DNA from: Dimargaris cristalligena
Lineage: Eukaryota
Assembly: GCA_003614675.1 (NCBI GenBank)
Contig: ML002382.1
Location: 1-35,143 of the forward strand
Length of the DNA stretch: 35,143 nucleotides
Direction of reading: 5' to 3'
The position numbers and the translations under genes are program-made. Position 1 is the first letter of the stretch. Each line of letters starts with the position of its first letter. A model generated the notes under the pieces. The model saw only the letters and a list, made by a program, of their open reading frames with translations, searched no databases and was not told the DNA's origin. Below are positions 24,457 to 34,295 of this stretch, piece after piece.

Positions 24457-27400
24457 ATGGCCAGATTCGTTTTCGCCCAAACCCCCATCGACCCCCAACA
24501 TGAATATGCTGTCATGTACGCCCAGATGGGGGTGGGGATATTGTCCATGGTCTGCACACTCCTAGCCGTGCTAACCTATTTTGCCATTCGGTCGTATGAC
24601 CGCTACCTCGTCAACCGTCTCTCGTTCCGCCTGATGGCCTACGTGTGTATCGTTGATTTTTTGTATACCCTAAGCCAAACCCTAGCCTATCGGGTTATCG
24701 TGGGCACCGGTGCGGCGTGTCGATTCTTTGCTTGGGGTTTTGTGTTCTTTGGGCTCGTCTCGATCATGATACGGACCATTATGGCCTTTCATCTCCAACA
24801 GCTGATTGTTTTCCATAACAACACCTATGTCGCCCGTGAGCGCTATTATTGGGGTATCACCCTGGCCTTCTGCCTGACTGTATCTTTAATTCCCCTGTTT
24901 GCCCAACAGCTAGGTGATGCGCCTTGGAAGGGGCAGTGTTGGTACCTACATAATGGCCAAAAGAGCGGGGTAGTATGGGCCTGGACCACCTATTACGGTT
25001 GGATGGTCATTTTCATCATTTACAGTGTCGTAGCATTGATAAGTATTGGGGTGGTTATTCATTATAAAATCCGGCAAGTCACTAAACAGCTACAGTCCCA
25101 GTCGGCTCAATTGGAGCTAAAACGGCACCGGCGGCGGCGGGGTTCTAGCATGAGCATCCGGTCCCTGTTGGCTATTTTAACCGATTGGACCATCCGGCGG
25201 CCCTCCAGCCGGGCCCATACTCATAACCATAACCATACTCGTACCCGTGCCCATGCCCATCCTAAGGATGCCGGTGACCTCGAATACGGGTCTAATAACC
25301 CACAGTCGACATTCCTATCTAGCGATGACGATGCATACGACTTTCCATCGACGGCCCCTCCGAGCGACCCTATTCCACCCCAGACCTGGTCCCGGCCGGG
25401 TCTGACCCACTGTACGCTTCGCGATAACACCAACCGGCCGGTCAATCTAGTCAACAAACTAGCCCTTCGGGTCATGTGGTACCCCCTCATCCCCGTGCTG
25501 TGCCAGTCCCTCGATATCGTGGAGCAGTTCAGTCAAATCGGCACCCAGCGTTTTCTATACACCCTGTATTTATTATCGACCATCGCTTCGGCCATTCAAG
25601 GATTTTTAACCGCCATGGTATTCTTCACCGACCCTGTGGTGGTAAAATGGTGGGGGCTAATGAAGCAGGATCTCATCGTGGTATTTTTTTACGAGTTCGA
25701 GTGGGAGAAGTTCCGCATGGACCACGATTTTCGGATCCGGCGCGAAAGGAATGATACTACTCTCACGAACGCCGCCCGAGACTTTACCATTAATCGCTGT
25801 CTGCGGCATTGGAATTCCCGGGGTCACCACGGGGATCGTCAGCGCCGGCGTGATTTGCCTCGGCCTAATAGGGGAGATACCCAGTCGGATACCCATTCCA
25901 ACCGCTCGTCGACGAGCGGATCAAATCCCAGTCAAGGTAGCCCGCCCTTGCCAGCCAAACGTCCGAATTGCTACCAGAAGCGCAGCGTATTGAGCGGTCG
26001 TAAATCGTTTTGGGACCGGCCTAAGCTACATAGCTACCCCTTTCGCTCCCCGCGATCACCTTCCGTCCAAGCTATACTGGACCACCACCGACGACATCGA
26101 TCAGAGCCACAGATCACCTCCAATAGTGCCATTCCATGGCTGGTACCCCCTAATCCATTCCTCCCGTTCCGACCCAGGAGAAGTGAGGGCAACGTCGGCA
26201 TCCTTGATGGACACCGCTTACGACACCCGTCTAATAATAAGCTCCCGGCTTCGTCTAATTTTCCGACTCGACGGGAGTCACTGGTATCTTTTGTCGAGGG
26301 TACCAATCACGCCAGGCAAAATCGACCCTATTCACATTATCGTCGCCGATCAGGCCAGCCCGGCCCTTTACCATGGACTGCCGAGACCTCTGATATTCCG
26401 TTTGGCGATGTACCCGCAAACGATACTTATCGTCCGCAGGGAAGTCTGGCCAGTGGAAGTACACTCCGTTCCCGTTCCATTAATGGTTGGTCCTCCCTGC
26501 GACCGGGAGGTGCTAGGGAATTAGAGAGGATAGGCCCTCCGGTGGTGGACAATAATCCCCGGGCCACTTGGGGATCGCTTGCCAGCTCCATCAATTACAA
26601 CCATATCCCGTTCCATCGCCAAAGTCTATCCGAAAGCCAGGCGATCACATCCGGCCACAACGCCTACCATACAGAAAACGTCCCGTTTAACCCGCTGGAC
26701 TCTCAACCGACGTTGGAGAGGCGGTTATACGTGAGTTCCCCCCACCCTTTGAGCTCGCAAGAAAACACGATGGGTTCTCCCGATAGTAGTGGACGACAGG
26801 GTAGCAGTGTTCCGCCTATTTCGGGGGCTTTGACGAGGGATGCCGAATATTCACAACGATCTCCCGGCCTTCACTCCATCGGGCCAGTGGGCCACTCCCT
26901 CCGTAACGATGCCTTTAGTTTGGACCCACTGTCAACGACCCGCCAGATGCCTAGTATTCAGGACCGAACCCAGCTGAGTGAATATAGCCTAGGGATAGGC
27001 CCTCTCCCGCCCCAGGATACTACTTCCAACCACCACCACTTGCGTATTCCTAAAAGCTCGGATTCGACGGCTACTGTTGCACGTCATGGCCAATCCTTGT
27101 CACCCTCAAACTCGATCGCCACCACCACCACTACCACTTCCACCTCCCTAGGGGGGCTGCCCCGGGGTCCAGTCAAACGCTCGCTCTCTACCATCTTAAC
27201 ACCGGAAGAACGCTTCCGCCTGCAGGTTAACCACTACCGCGCCTGGCGTAAACGGGCCCAGGACACCCGGGTCCGGCAATGGTGTAGCCTCCGTATCCCC
27301 GGTTCGTCACTCGACCAGCCCCTCGCGGCCATTTCCCGAACGCCCCCTTTCCACGTACCTTCCCCCCACCACCCGCTGCGCTACTACTTCGGTCGGTGCA

Positions 27401-27519
27401 TCCACTGGTGGGTCAAAAATTATTTGGTGTCCGACCGGGATAAATTGGAATTGGACTACATTATCGGGGCCATTCATTTTGATCCACGGAGCCAAAGACC
27501 GCCGTATCCGGACGCCTGA
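24457..27519 (+). CDS. 7-TM G protein-coupled receptor, Git3/cAMP-receptor-like (Dicty_CAR/CRL) type, ~1020 aa, intronless
   Basis: Seven hydrophobic segments with family motifs: GILSMVCTL, NRLSFRL....IVDF, ACRF (TM3 Cys), ERYY, CWY (ECL2 Cys), YYGW, long ICL3, LRVMWYPLIP, IQGFLTAMVFFTDP. These are followed by a ~625-aa mostly S/P/R-rich tail. First in-frame ATG is at 24457. Confidence 0.88.
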   Translation: MARFVFAQTPIDPQHEYAVMYAQMGVGILSMVCTLLAVLTYFAIRSYDRYLVNRLSFRLMAYVCIVDFLYTLSQTLAYRVIVGTGAACRFFAWGFVFFGLVSIMIRTIMAFHLQQLIVFHNNTYVARERYYWGITLAFCLTVSLIPLFAQQLGDAPWKGQCWYLHNGQKSGVVWAWTTYYGWMVIFIIYSVVALISIGVVIHYKIRQVTKQLQSQSAQLELKRHRRRRGSSMSIRSLLAILTDWTIRRPSSRAHTHNHNHTRTRAHAHPKDAGDLEYGSNNPQSTFLSSDDDAYDFPSTAPPSDPIPPQTWSRPGLTHCTLRDNTNRPVNLVNKLALRVMWYPLIPVLCQSLDIVEQFSQIGTQRFLYTLYLLSTIASAIQGFLTAMVFFTDPVVVKWWGLMKQDLIVVFFYEFEWEKFRMDHDFRIRRERNDTTLTNAARDFTINRCLRHWNSRGHHGDRQRRRDLPRPNRGDTQSDTHSNRSSTSGSNPSQGSPPLPAKRPNCYQKRSVLSGRKSFWDRPKLHSYPFRSPRSPSVQAILDHHRRHRSEPQITSNSAIPWLVPPNPFLPFRPRRSEGNVGILDGHRLRHPSNNKLPASSNFPTRRESLVSFVEGTNHARQNRPYSHYRRRSGQPGPLPWTAETSDIPFGDVPANDTYRPQGSLASGSTLRSRSINGWSSLRPGGARELERIGPPVVDNNPRATWGSLASSINYNHIPFHRQSLSESQAITSGHNAYHTENVPFNPLDSQPTLERRLYVSSPHPLSSQENTMGSPDSSGRQGSSVPPISGALTRDAEYSQRSPGLHSIGPVGHSLRNDAFSLDPLSTTRQMPSIQDRTQLSEYSLGIGPLPPQDTTSNHHHLRIPKSSDSTATVARHGQSLSPSNSIATTTTTTSTSLGGLPRGPVKRSLSTILTPEERFRLQVNHYRAWRKRAQDTRVRQWCSLRIPGSSLDQPLAAISRTPPFHVPSPHHPLRYYFGRCIHWWVKNYLVSDRDKLELDYIIGAIHFDPRSQRPPYPDA

Positions 27520-27739
27520 TACATATGTATATTACAGAACGGCTATGTGCATAAATCACTTTGGTGTGTTGTCTCTACTAGTTTTTTTACCACTTTGCAT
27601 TAAATTAGATTGCGCAATGGCCCTTGCTAAATCTCATTATAAACCTTAGCTTCAGATTACTTATCTGTCCTTCCATTACTGCTTTACAGTTATGTTTTGT
27701 AAATTTTATAACATATATTCATACCTTCTCACTGTATTT

Positions 27740-27883
27740 ATATGGGTAAACTTCAACCCAACTGTATAAGATTTTACACAATATATGTATGGGATAATAT
27801 GTGGGAAAATAACTTTTGACCAGTAATATTTACCTCATTAAATGGATTATTCGTTATACAGCCTGGATGAACTTCTGCCATAT
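27740..27883 (+). mobile_element. MITE-like element, copy 2
   Basis: ATAT-GGGTAAACTTCAACCCAACTGTATAA...TTATACAGCCTGGATGAACTTCTGCC-ATAT; length identical to copies 1 and 3. Confidence 0.78.
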
Positions 27884-27947
27884 GTACATATTTAATACAC
27901 ATATATTTTAAATAATAGTAATAAGGTTATCACCCAGGTTGACCACT

Positions 27948-28904
27948 CTTAGTCCATCAAGAGTCCCGAGGATAGGCTTTTAATAGCAGACAGGGCTCAG
28001 CTTGGCCAAGTGGGTTACTAGCATTAGGTAGGGACAGATATTAACTAATAAAGACTATAATGCAGGTACAGGTAAGGGATATGCAGTAAGTACACTTACT
28101 AGTCAGTACAAGGGGGTAAGCATATATGGAGTTTATTGGGATAAACTAGGGGGTAAGAATAAGCTAGAGAATCTAACTGGTCCTAATGGGGCCTGGTTAT
28201 ATATATATAGGGGCAACTCCAGAGGGAGGCCCTGGGGGAAGAATATTACTAAGACTAGGGTATGGTAAATAGGCCAACCGGATAGCCATGAGGACTGGAA
28301 GGCTCTGATGGTAACCAGAAGAGTCTTTGGATCAGCCCTCAAGTGATTAGTGTGAAGTGGCAGAGTCCAGAAGGGGAATAGTTATATTGCAACTGCTAGG
28401 TAAGGTGGAACACCTAACTATAGAATAACTAGGACATCTGGCCAATGAAATTGTCCAGCTCATCCCTCCCCTTACATCTGCCTCCACCAGGCAAGTGGCA
28501 AACAGCAACCACCCAAGCCAGTAGGCAACTAACCAAGTAGTATATAATGAATAGACATGACAATCCTGACTCCTTAAATTTTGATTTAATAATTAATAAA
28601 TAATGCTTTAGAAGCTTTCCCACCCAACTTGGTGCCTTGTTATTTTATCAAATCCTTCCCTCCTTTGGAAACCCAGTTGATCTATGGGTCCCACTTGACC
28701 CAAACCATTACAATATAATATAGAATAATCCCATAGTATCAAGTATGGTCATGGGAGGGTTGATATGGCACTATAAGGCCTAATAGGGACATATGCTAAT
28801 GTGTCCAGATTAAGGTAGATTAGGTGGTCCAACAAAGGTTGATAATGGGCTGAGAATTGTAAATGTGGTTGGGATTGAAGTATTGACATGGATGGTCCAA
28901 ATGG
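27948..28904 (+). repeat. Degenerate dispersed repeat, copy A (inverted relative to copy B), interrupted by a solo LTR
   Basis: 27948-28387 and 28713-28904 align with the reverse complement of ~34296-34931 (e.g. CAGTAAGTACACTTACTAGT identical). Nearly devoid of CpG, TpA-rich, many stops. Confidence 0.85.
28388..28712 (+). mobile_element. Putative solo LTR (325 bp)
   Basis: TGCAAC...ATTACA termini (TG...CA), ATAT duplicated at 28384-28387 and 28713-28716, internal TATATAA (~28541) followed by AATAAA (~28595). The segment is absent from repeat copy B, which has a single ATAT at the matching site. Confidence 0.72.
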
Positions 28905-31224
28905 AAAAGAAAGGGGTACTGGATGTTATTCCCCAAACCACACATGGTTTTAGAAAGCCAATCTAGTCCTAATATATATATTTCCTGAGTGTGAGCTGCT
29001 TAAAAATACCAATCTGCATTGAATTTATTGGGAAGACACTGTTTTCTGGTTGGATGTTAAGGATATCACTAGCCATGACTTATTGTCTCATTACTGCAAG
29101 GAATTTGCACAAGTTTTTAGTGGTATGATATATAACCACATGCCCAGAAGTGGGGGTTTCCTAGGCACCAGATTCTGCCCATTATTAAAGTTGGATAATC
29201 TGCAGTAAGGTTGTTGGGGCACCTACTGGGCCAGCTCTCCCTTTGGTAGGAGCGGAAGGCGGAACTATCCAGACAATTAAACGATACTGTCTTTACAATT
29301 GCTATCACCGCAGCAGCGGGCCGGAGGCCCTGTAAGTAGGACCCAATACTGCGTAGGCCTTTTTCTGTGAGAGCCGTCTAATAGTCTAATATTGTGTCCT
29401 GCTAGGAAACTAGTTTGGTGCCATACTCTGGATTGCCCCCCCCCCTAATACCAAGTTGGGTGGTTTAAACTCGACGGTAACAAAATAGGCCAGCTTGATA
29501 ATGGGTTCCTGGTGGGAGATAGTAGGCCATTCCTATTGATTGGCTAAGGTGGTAGATGCCTTTTTTTATAACCACCAGGGGAAAAACCAACGAACTGCCA
29601 TCCTTTGACCATACCGAGTCCACCGCAGCTAGCTGGGGCACCACTTAGTATGCACATGATTCCTTGGTCCCAGATGCTGGGGTTGCGCAGGGGCCGAGGT
29701 AGTCGTTTTGTCTCAACCACGGAAGTATCAGCCAATCCAGTGTTAATATACAGTGACATGACCTGGATGTCCGAGAGGGTTTTGGGTGGTTCTGCTGGGT
29801 GGAGGGGACCTGGTCCGTGATTGGGAGTCCGGCCCAAATAGCCGATATAACGGGGATTGAGGGTGGGAAGGCGGTGGTGATGTTGGCGGCTCCTGCGGGG
29901 AGGCCGAACGGTGGCGGTTTAATGAATGAACAAAAAAAAAGCGAGTGGTTTTTTGGAGTCGGAATAATATGTGCTTGGGGGAATCGTGGCTACTTTTGTC
30001 TTCGCCCTTGTCGACCCCTCTCCAAAGTTATTAAACAATCGGTGTTTGGTTATTTAAAGAGATTTTATATTAACAAATTTATCAATTTTTGGAATACTTC
30101 GAAACTACTTGTAAGGTTGCACTCCCCATTTTTAGGACAGATTCGGTAGCTTTAAGTACTCCGGGCTGCAAGACTAAGGGAGATGGTACCGGAGGTGCCT
30201 ACACAGTCATCGGTGAAGGGTCCTTCGCCATCGATGGCCTCCATCGTCGCTCTGTATCCTGTTTTGGAGGTTCAATTTTTAACCATGGCTTTAGTGGTGA
30301 AGATTGACTCTTTCATTAGGACTGACGATAAAGTCTCTGTACTAACAATATGGATGATTTCGGAAATGATACCAACCGATAAAATTGATAAAACCAAACT
30401 TCCTTTAACTCTGTACTCTGTAGCAATAAGCAAGGGTAAGGGTCATACTCCTCCACAGGGAACCTACAGAGTTGCCTAATTCTACCTTACCAGGGCGCTA
30501 AAAATGAAAAGGGGGTATTTAAGGCCATCAGTTTTAGGGGCACTCGCTCTCCCTCAAAACTCGCAGGCGAGTCTAGCTGAAGATTGAAGGAAGGTACCCC
30601 CCCCTCCACCCCCAAAAAAATAATAATTGATTGTCGCTTTTTTTTCGTAAGGTCCACAAGCTTTTAATATCGTATTTAGACCTGCATAAATGCCGAAGGG
30701 ATGCTCATGTGTAACTATGGAATCCCACAGTTAACTGTGGCTTTAAGATTGGGTGACCAAGGACCATCCCGTGTATCAACTGGTCCCTTTCTTCACCCTT
30801 TTAGAGTATCTGCCAATTATTCGCAAGACGGGCAGGCCGATGTCAGGCGTATGCCACCCGGGGGGGGGGTACTAGACGTGTAGGCATATGGTAGGTTGGT
30901 TATACTAACGTAACGGCCCACTCGGCCAACAACAGAGCTAATGTAACCAACGGCAAGATAGGGGAGGGTGGTTCCCTATACTTTCATCAAATATTAGGGC
31001 TGCGCTGATTAATGGCAGCATGGTTAAGCTTGGTAATCCGCGCCGAAGAACCTCCGACAAGGCTACTTGGGATACTCCTATAAAGGCACTTATACCATTG
31101 TGTAATTTATCGATCAAGGGCAGTGTACTTTAAAATATCGATAGGTATTAGTTTTTAGATCAAGGTAACCTCTTACTCAGCAGGGGATATTTTTTTCTAA
31201 CCTTCAACACCACTGCTGAAGAGT

Positions 31225-31368
31225 ATATGGGTGGAATTCAGTGCAGATGTATAAGGTTTTGGATACTACGCGTATGGGAAAGTATACGAGAGATCCATTA
31301 TTAACCAGTGGTTTTTGCCTCATCCAACGGATTTATCGTTATACAGTCTGGTTGAACCTTTCCCATAT
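31225..31368 (+). mobile_element. MITE-like element, copy 3
   Basis: ATAT-GGGTGGAATTCAGTGCAGATGTATAA...TTATACAGTCTGGTTGAACCTTTCCC-ATAT; length identical to copies 1 and 2. Confidence 0.78.
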
Positions 31369-32154
31369 TCACGGCTTTGGGTGGGGTATTGGCCCTCAAA
31401 TTCTTTCATAATATTATTTTCCTGATAAATTAGCTATTAAAGAATCGTTTACTCTATAGCTGCTTAATTCACTAGGTAAAAATATAACTTGGTGCTGAGA
31501 ATTAAGTGGAGTACCATATGCCTGGCACACCAGTCCTCTGGGTAGCAGCCCTTTCGAGGGCAGTGGATGTACCACTAGTTCGGTGGAGTGTTCGAAAAAA
31601 TGTCGAGGCAATTAATACACAACGGGAGAGACCCTTTGCTAAATAGATACACCCTCCCCTATGCCGCGACTCCCTGCATTTTACATCTCAACCTTTTAAA
31701 GAATTAAAATGAAGATTCGACCCAATAGGCCGGACATGGTAACTCCTGTTCTACTTTTCCCTTCAGTCTGTTTCAAGGGATATGTAAATATATTGTTATG
31801 GTATACTATTATTGGAGTATGGCCGTGTAAGTATGCCGACTTCACCACCCTGGTACGAGTAAGTTGCCCATGGGTTAAGTTTCCTGAACATGCCCTGGCT
31901 TGTTTTCATTTCATCATTAATTTTCGCCCAAAATATCTATACATATAGCCTCGCTTTGCTTTCCCCTTTACTTCGTTGTATTATATCCACTCCCCACTTA
32001 TCGGATTCTCCTTACCTTTTGCCTACCCCTTCATTAGCACTTGTCCTTCACTACTATATTTGCCACCTGGAAAAATTCACTATTGGTCATTCCATTATTG
32101 TTGTTTCCCATCTCTCTCCCACCCCCTCCCTTCCCTTATTTTCGTTGGTCAATA

Positions 32155-33711
32155 ATGAAATCGTTTATTATACCTATCACTCTGCTAGGTTTATCTTTGG
32201 CCAATGCTGCGGTCAGTCGCCCCAAACCCATCGGCGGAGAAGTGGTAGTTGATGGTGATACCTTCTACGACGCGCTTGAATACCAGCCTGACCTCGGGGA
32301 AGATGGCAATATTTCAACTAAGCTTGGCTCATTTAACACAACCCCCGTGGGACTTATCTATGACATGCTAGACCGTTTGTCATTAAAAGACATGGTGCAA
32401 ATGTCTAATGTTAATGCATATTGGCACGCTATTGTCAAGCAGCATCTAGAAAACCAGGTATGTTTAAAAATAAGTTCACTGATACCATCTGTAAAAGTTT
32501 ACTGTCCATGCTATCCCTCATCTAACCACCCTGTATTTAGATTCCGCCGGAACGTAATTGCACCATTGTATAACAGACAGGCGGCTGGTAGCTCTGTGTA
32601 TTTTACTTCACAGTCGACTTCTATTGTATTAACCATTGGCCAATTCCCTTTTTCTAATCCTAATTTCAATGATATACTACAATTTCTTCCTACTCTCGTA
32701 TTATCTATCGTTAAAAAGTGTTTGGTGAATGGCATTCAGCCAATTCTAAATGGTAATCCGATTAACCTGAGCATTTTACAGTCGCTTTTTCCAATGCAAC
32801 CGATGGACGCAATCATGGCCTTTGCCTGGGAGCGAAATGGTGGTCATAACGCAGACTCATCAGAGTATCCAAGTGAGGAGGCGTATAATGGCGACTCAAC
32901 GTTACGTATTCACTCAGAAAACCTTATCAAATTAAGGGACATTAAAGCGCAGTGGGCGTACCTGGACTATACACGGATGAGTGATACCCAAAGACAGGTA
33001 CTTTTCCCCCTGTTACATTTTTTGCCGAAACTGTCCGTGAACAACATCATCAATATTTTTTCGAAATTCAGACAATTTTCTACAAACCTCGGATTGCTCT
33101 ATGAAGTTCAGGGCCTGTATCAAGGAGACCCAATGCTCGCAGTATTCACCGGACGCTTTTATGACATATGGCGGCATGTGGCCGAAAGTATACCCTTTGA
33201 ACAACTCATGGCCAGTGTCAGTGCAGTCCTCGCTACCACCGGTGAACTTGCTAAGTTGCGAGAACTATGGGATGCAGTCGTACGTGCTCCTCAATTGAAT
33301 TCTAGATCCACTGCTTACATGGCTATGTTGCTTTTAGAGTTTGACAATTCCGACCCCGCCCAAGTGCTTGAAATGGCCGGTCAAATCAACATCGACTGCG
33401 AATATGCCGGTATAATGGGATTCGAAAATGCCAAGACAAAATGCCTAAGTGTTTCTCAGATTCGGCCTAAATATCACAATGCCCTTTCTCAAATGACTGG
33501 CCGCGGGCTGGTGTATGTGCGTCGCGATTACCATGGTAATCCGGAGCTGGCCATTCGAGCTCGCCGCTCGGCCGTCAGAGCATTGTTTGGTGTAAAAGAG
33601 AATGAACCTGATGCGTTTCCTTGGTTGGATACTCCAGCTGTCGACGAACAGCTGTACATGGTGAAATATCGCGAACATTTACCTCCTCCAAGAACTCCCG
33701 GCCAACAGTAA
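32155..33711 (+). CDS. Secreted protein with FFAT-like and F-box-like motifs, candidate effector (518 aa unspliced; possible intron from 32458)
   Basis: ATG at 32155 (AATAATGA) gives the signal peptide MKSFIIPITLLGLSLANA, then DGDTFYDALE, then FNTTPVGLIYDMLDRLSLKDMVQMSNVNAYWHAIVK (F-box spacing), then ~400 aa unrecognised. The upstream TTG start in the ORF track is unlikely. Confidence 0.75.
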   Translation: MKSFIIPITLLGLSLANAAVSRPKPIGGEVVVDGDTFYDALEYQPDLGEDGNISTKLGSFNTTPVGLIYDMLDRLSLKDMVQMSNVNAYWHAIVKQHLENQVCLKISSLIPSVKVYCPCYPSSNHPVFRFRRNVIAPLYNRQAAGSSVYFTSQSTSIVLTIGQFPFSNPNFNDILQFLPTLVLSIVKKCLVNGIQPILNGNPINLSILQSLFPMQPMDAIMAFAWERNGGHNADSSEYPSEEAYNGDSTLRIHSENLIKLRDIKAQWAYLDYTRMSDTQRQVLFPLLHFLPKLSVNNIINIFSKFRQFSTNLGLLYEVQGLYQGDPMLAVFTGRFYDIWRHVAESIPFEQLMASVSAVLATTGELAKLRELWDAVVRAPQLNSRSTAYMAMLLLEFDNSDPAQVLEMAGQINIDCEYAGIMGFENAKTKCLSVSQIRPKYHNALSQMTGRGLVYVRRDYHGNPELAIRARRSAVRALFGVKENEPDAFPWLDTPAVDEQLYMVKYREHLPPPRTPGQQ

Positions 33712-34295
33712 GTTGAACTGACCCTTGAATACGTCCGAAAATCTATTTGTAGTTTTGTTTACTTTATGGCCGCTTTATTTTCTTCTTTGTCTTTAACTCG
33801 GCCCTAGAAACAGTGGTACTGTCTACTGTATGTCGGGTTATATTAAACTGGGGAACCAACTTCCTATCTTTTGTGTTCCCCTTGCTTTCTCATTTAGCTG
33901 GCTTTTCATCATGCATTATTTGCATTCCCTTGTTGTGGCCGGGTCTACCTAAACCTTATGAGCATGGCCCAATCAGACTATTTGGTTATTTGGGAAAGGT
34001 AAAGACCCCCACTGGAAGTAGGTCTTCATACTTCTACCCAGACTAGTACTTCAGAGGTCATGACTAGTCTCCCAATATCCATTATTCAATATTTCGTCTA
34101 TTTTTCTAGCTATTTATCTTGTTTAGTCAACATTGCCAGTTGTGTATACTGGCACTATAGTGACACTTGCCTTCACCCATTGGCAAGATTAGCCTTAGGT
34201 TCCAGTAGGTCACTATGTTTATGTCCTTTTCTATTTACTATCTTTGCTATAAATATCTGATGGGTAATCTCTCAATAAACACAATCAGTTTTACA

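Noticed and set aside
28185-28225. 'GYIYIGAT' reading resembling a GIY-YIG nuclease in repeat A
   Set aside because: Derives from a (TA)n run in heavily mutated DNA with surrounding stops; insufficient support.
30559-30576. ACTCGC-AG-GCGAGT hairpin followed by CTAG as a Helitron 3' end
   Set aside because: No spacer between hairpin and CTAG, the next base is C rather than T, and no 5' TC end or second copy is identifiable.
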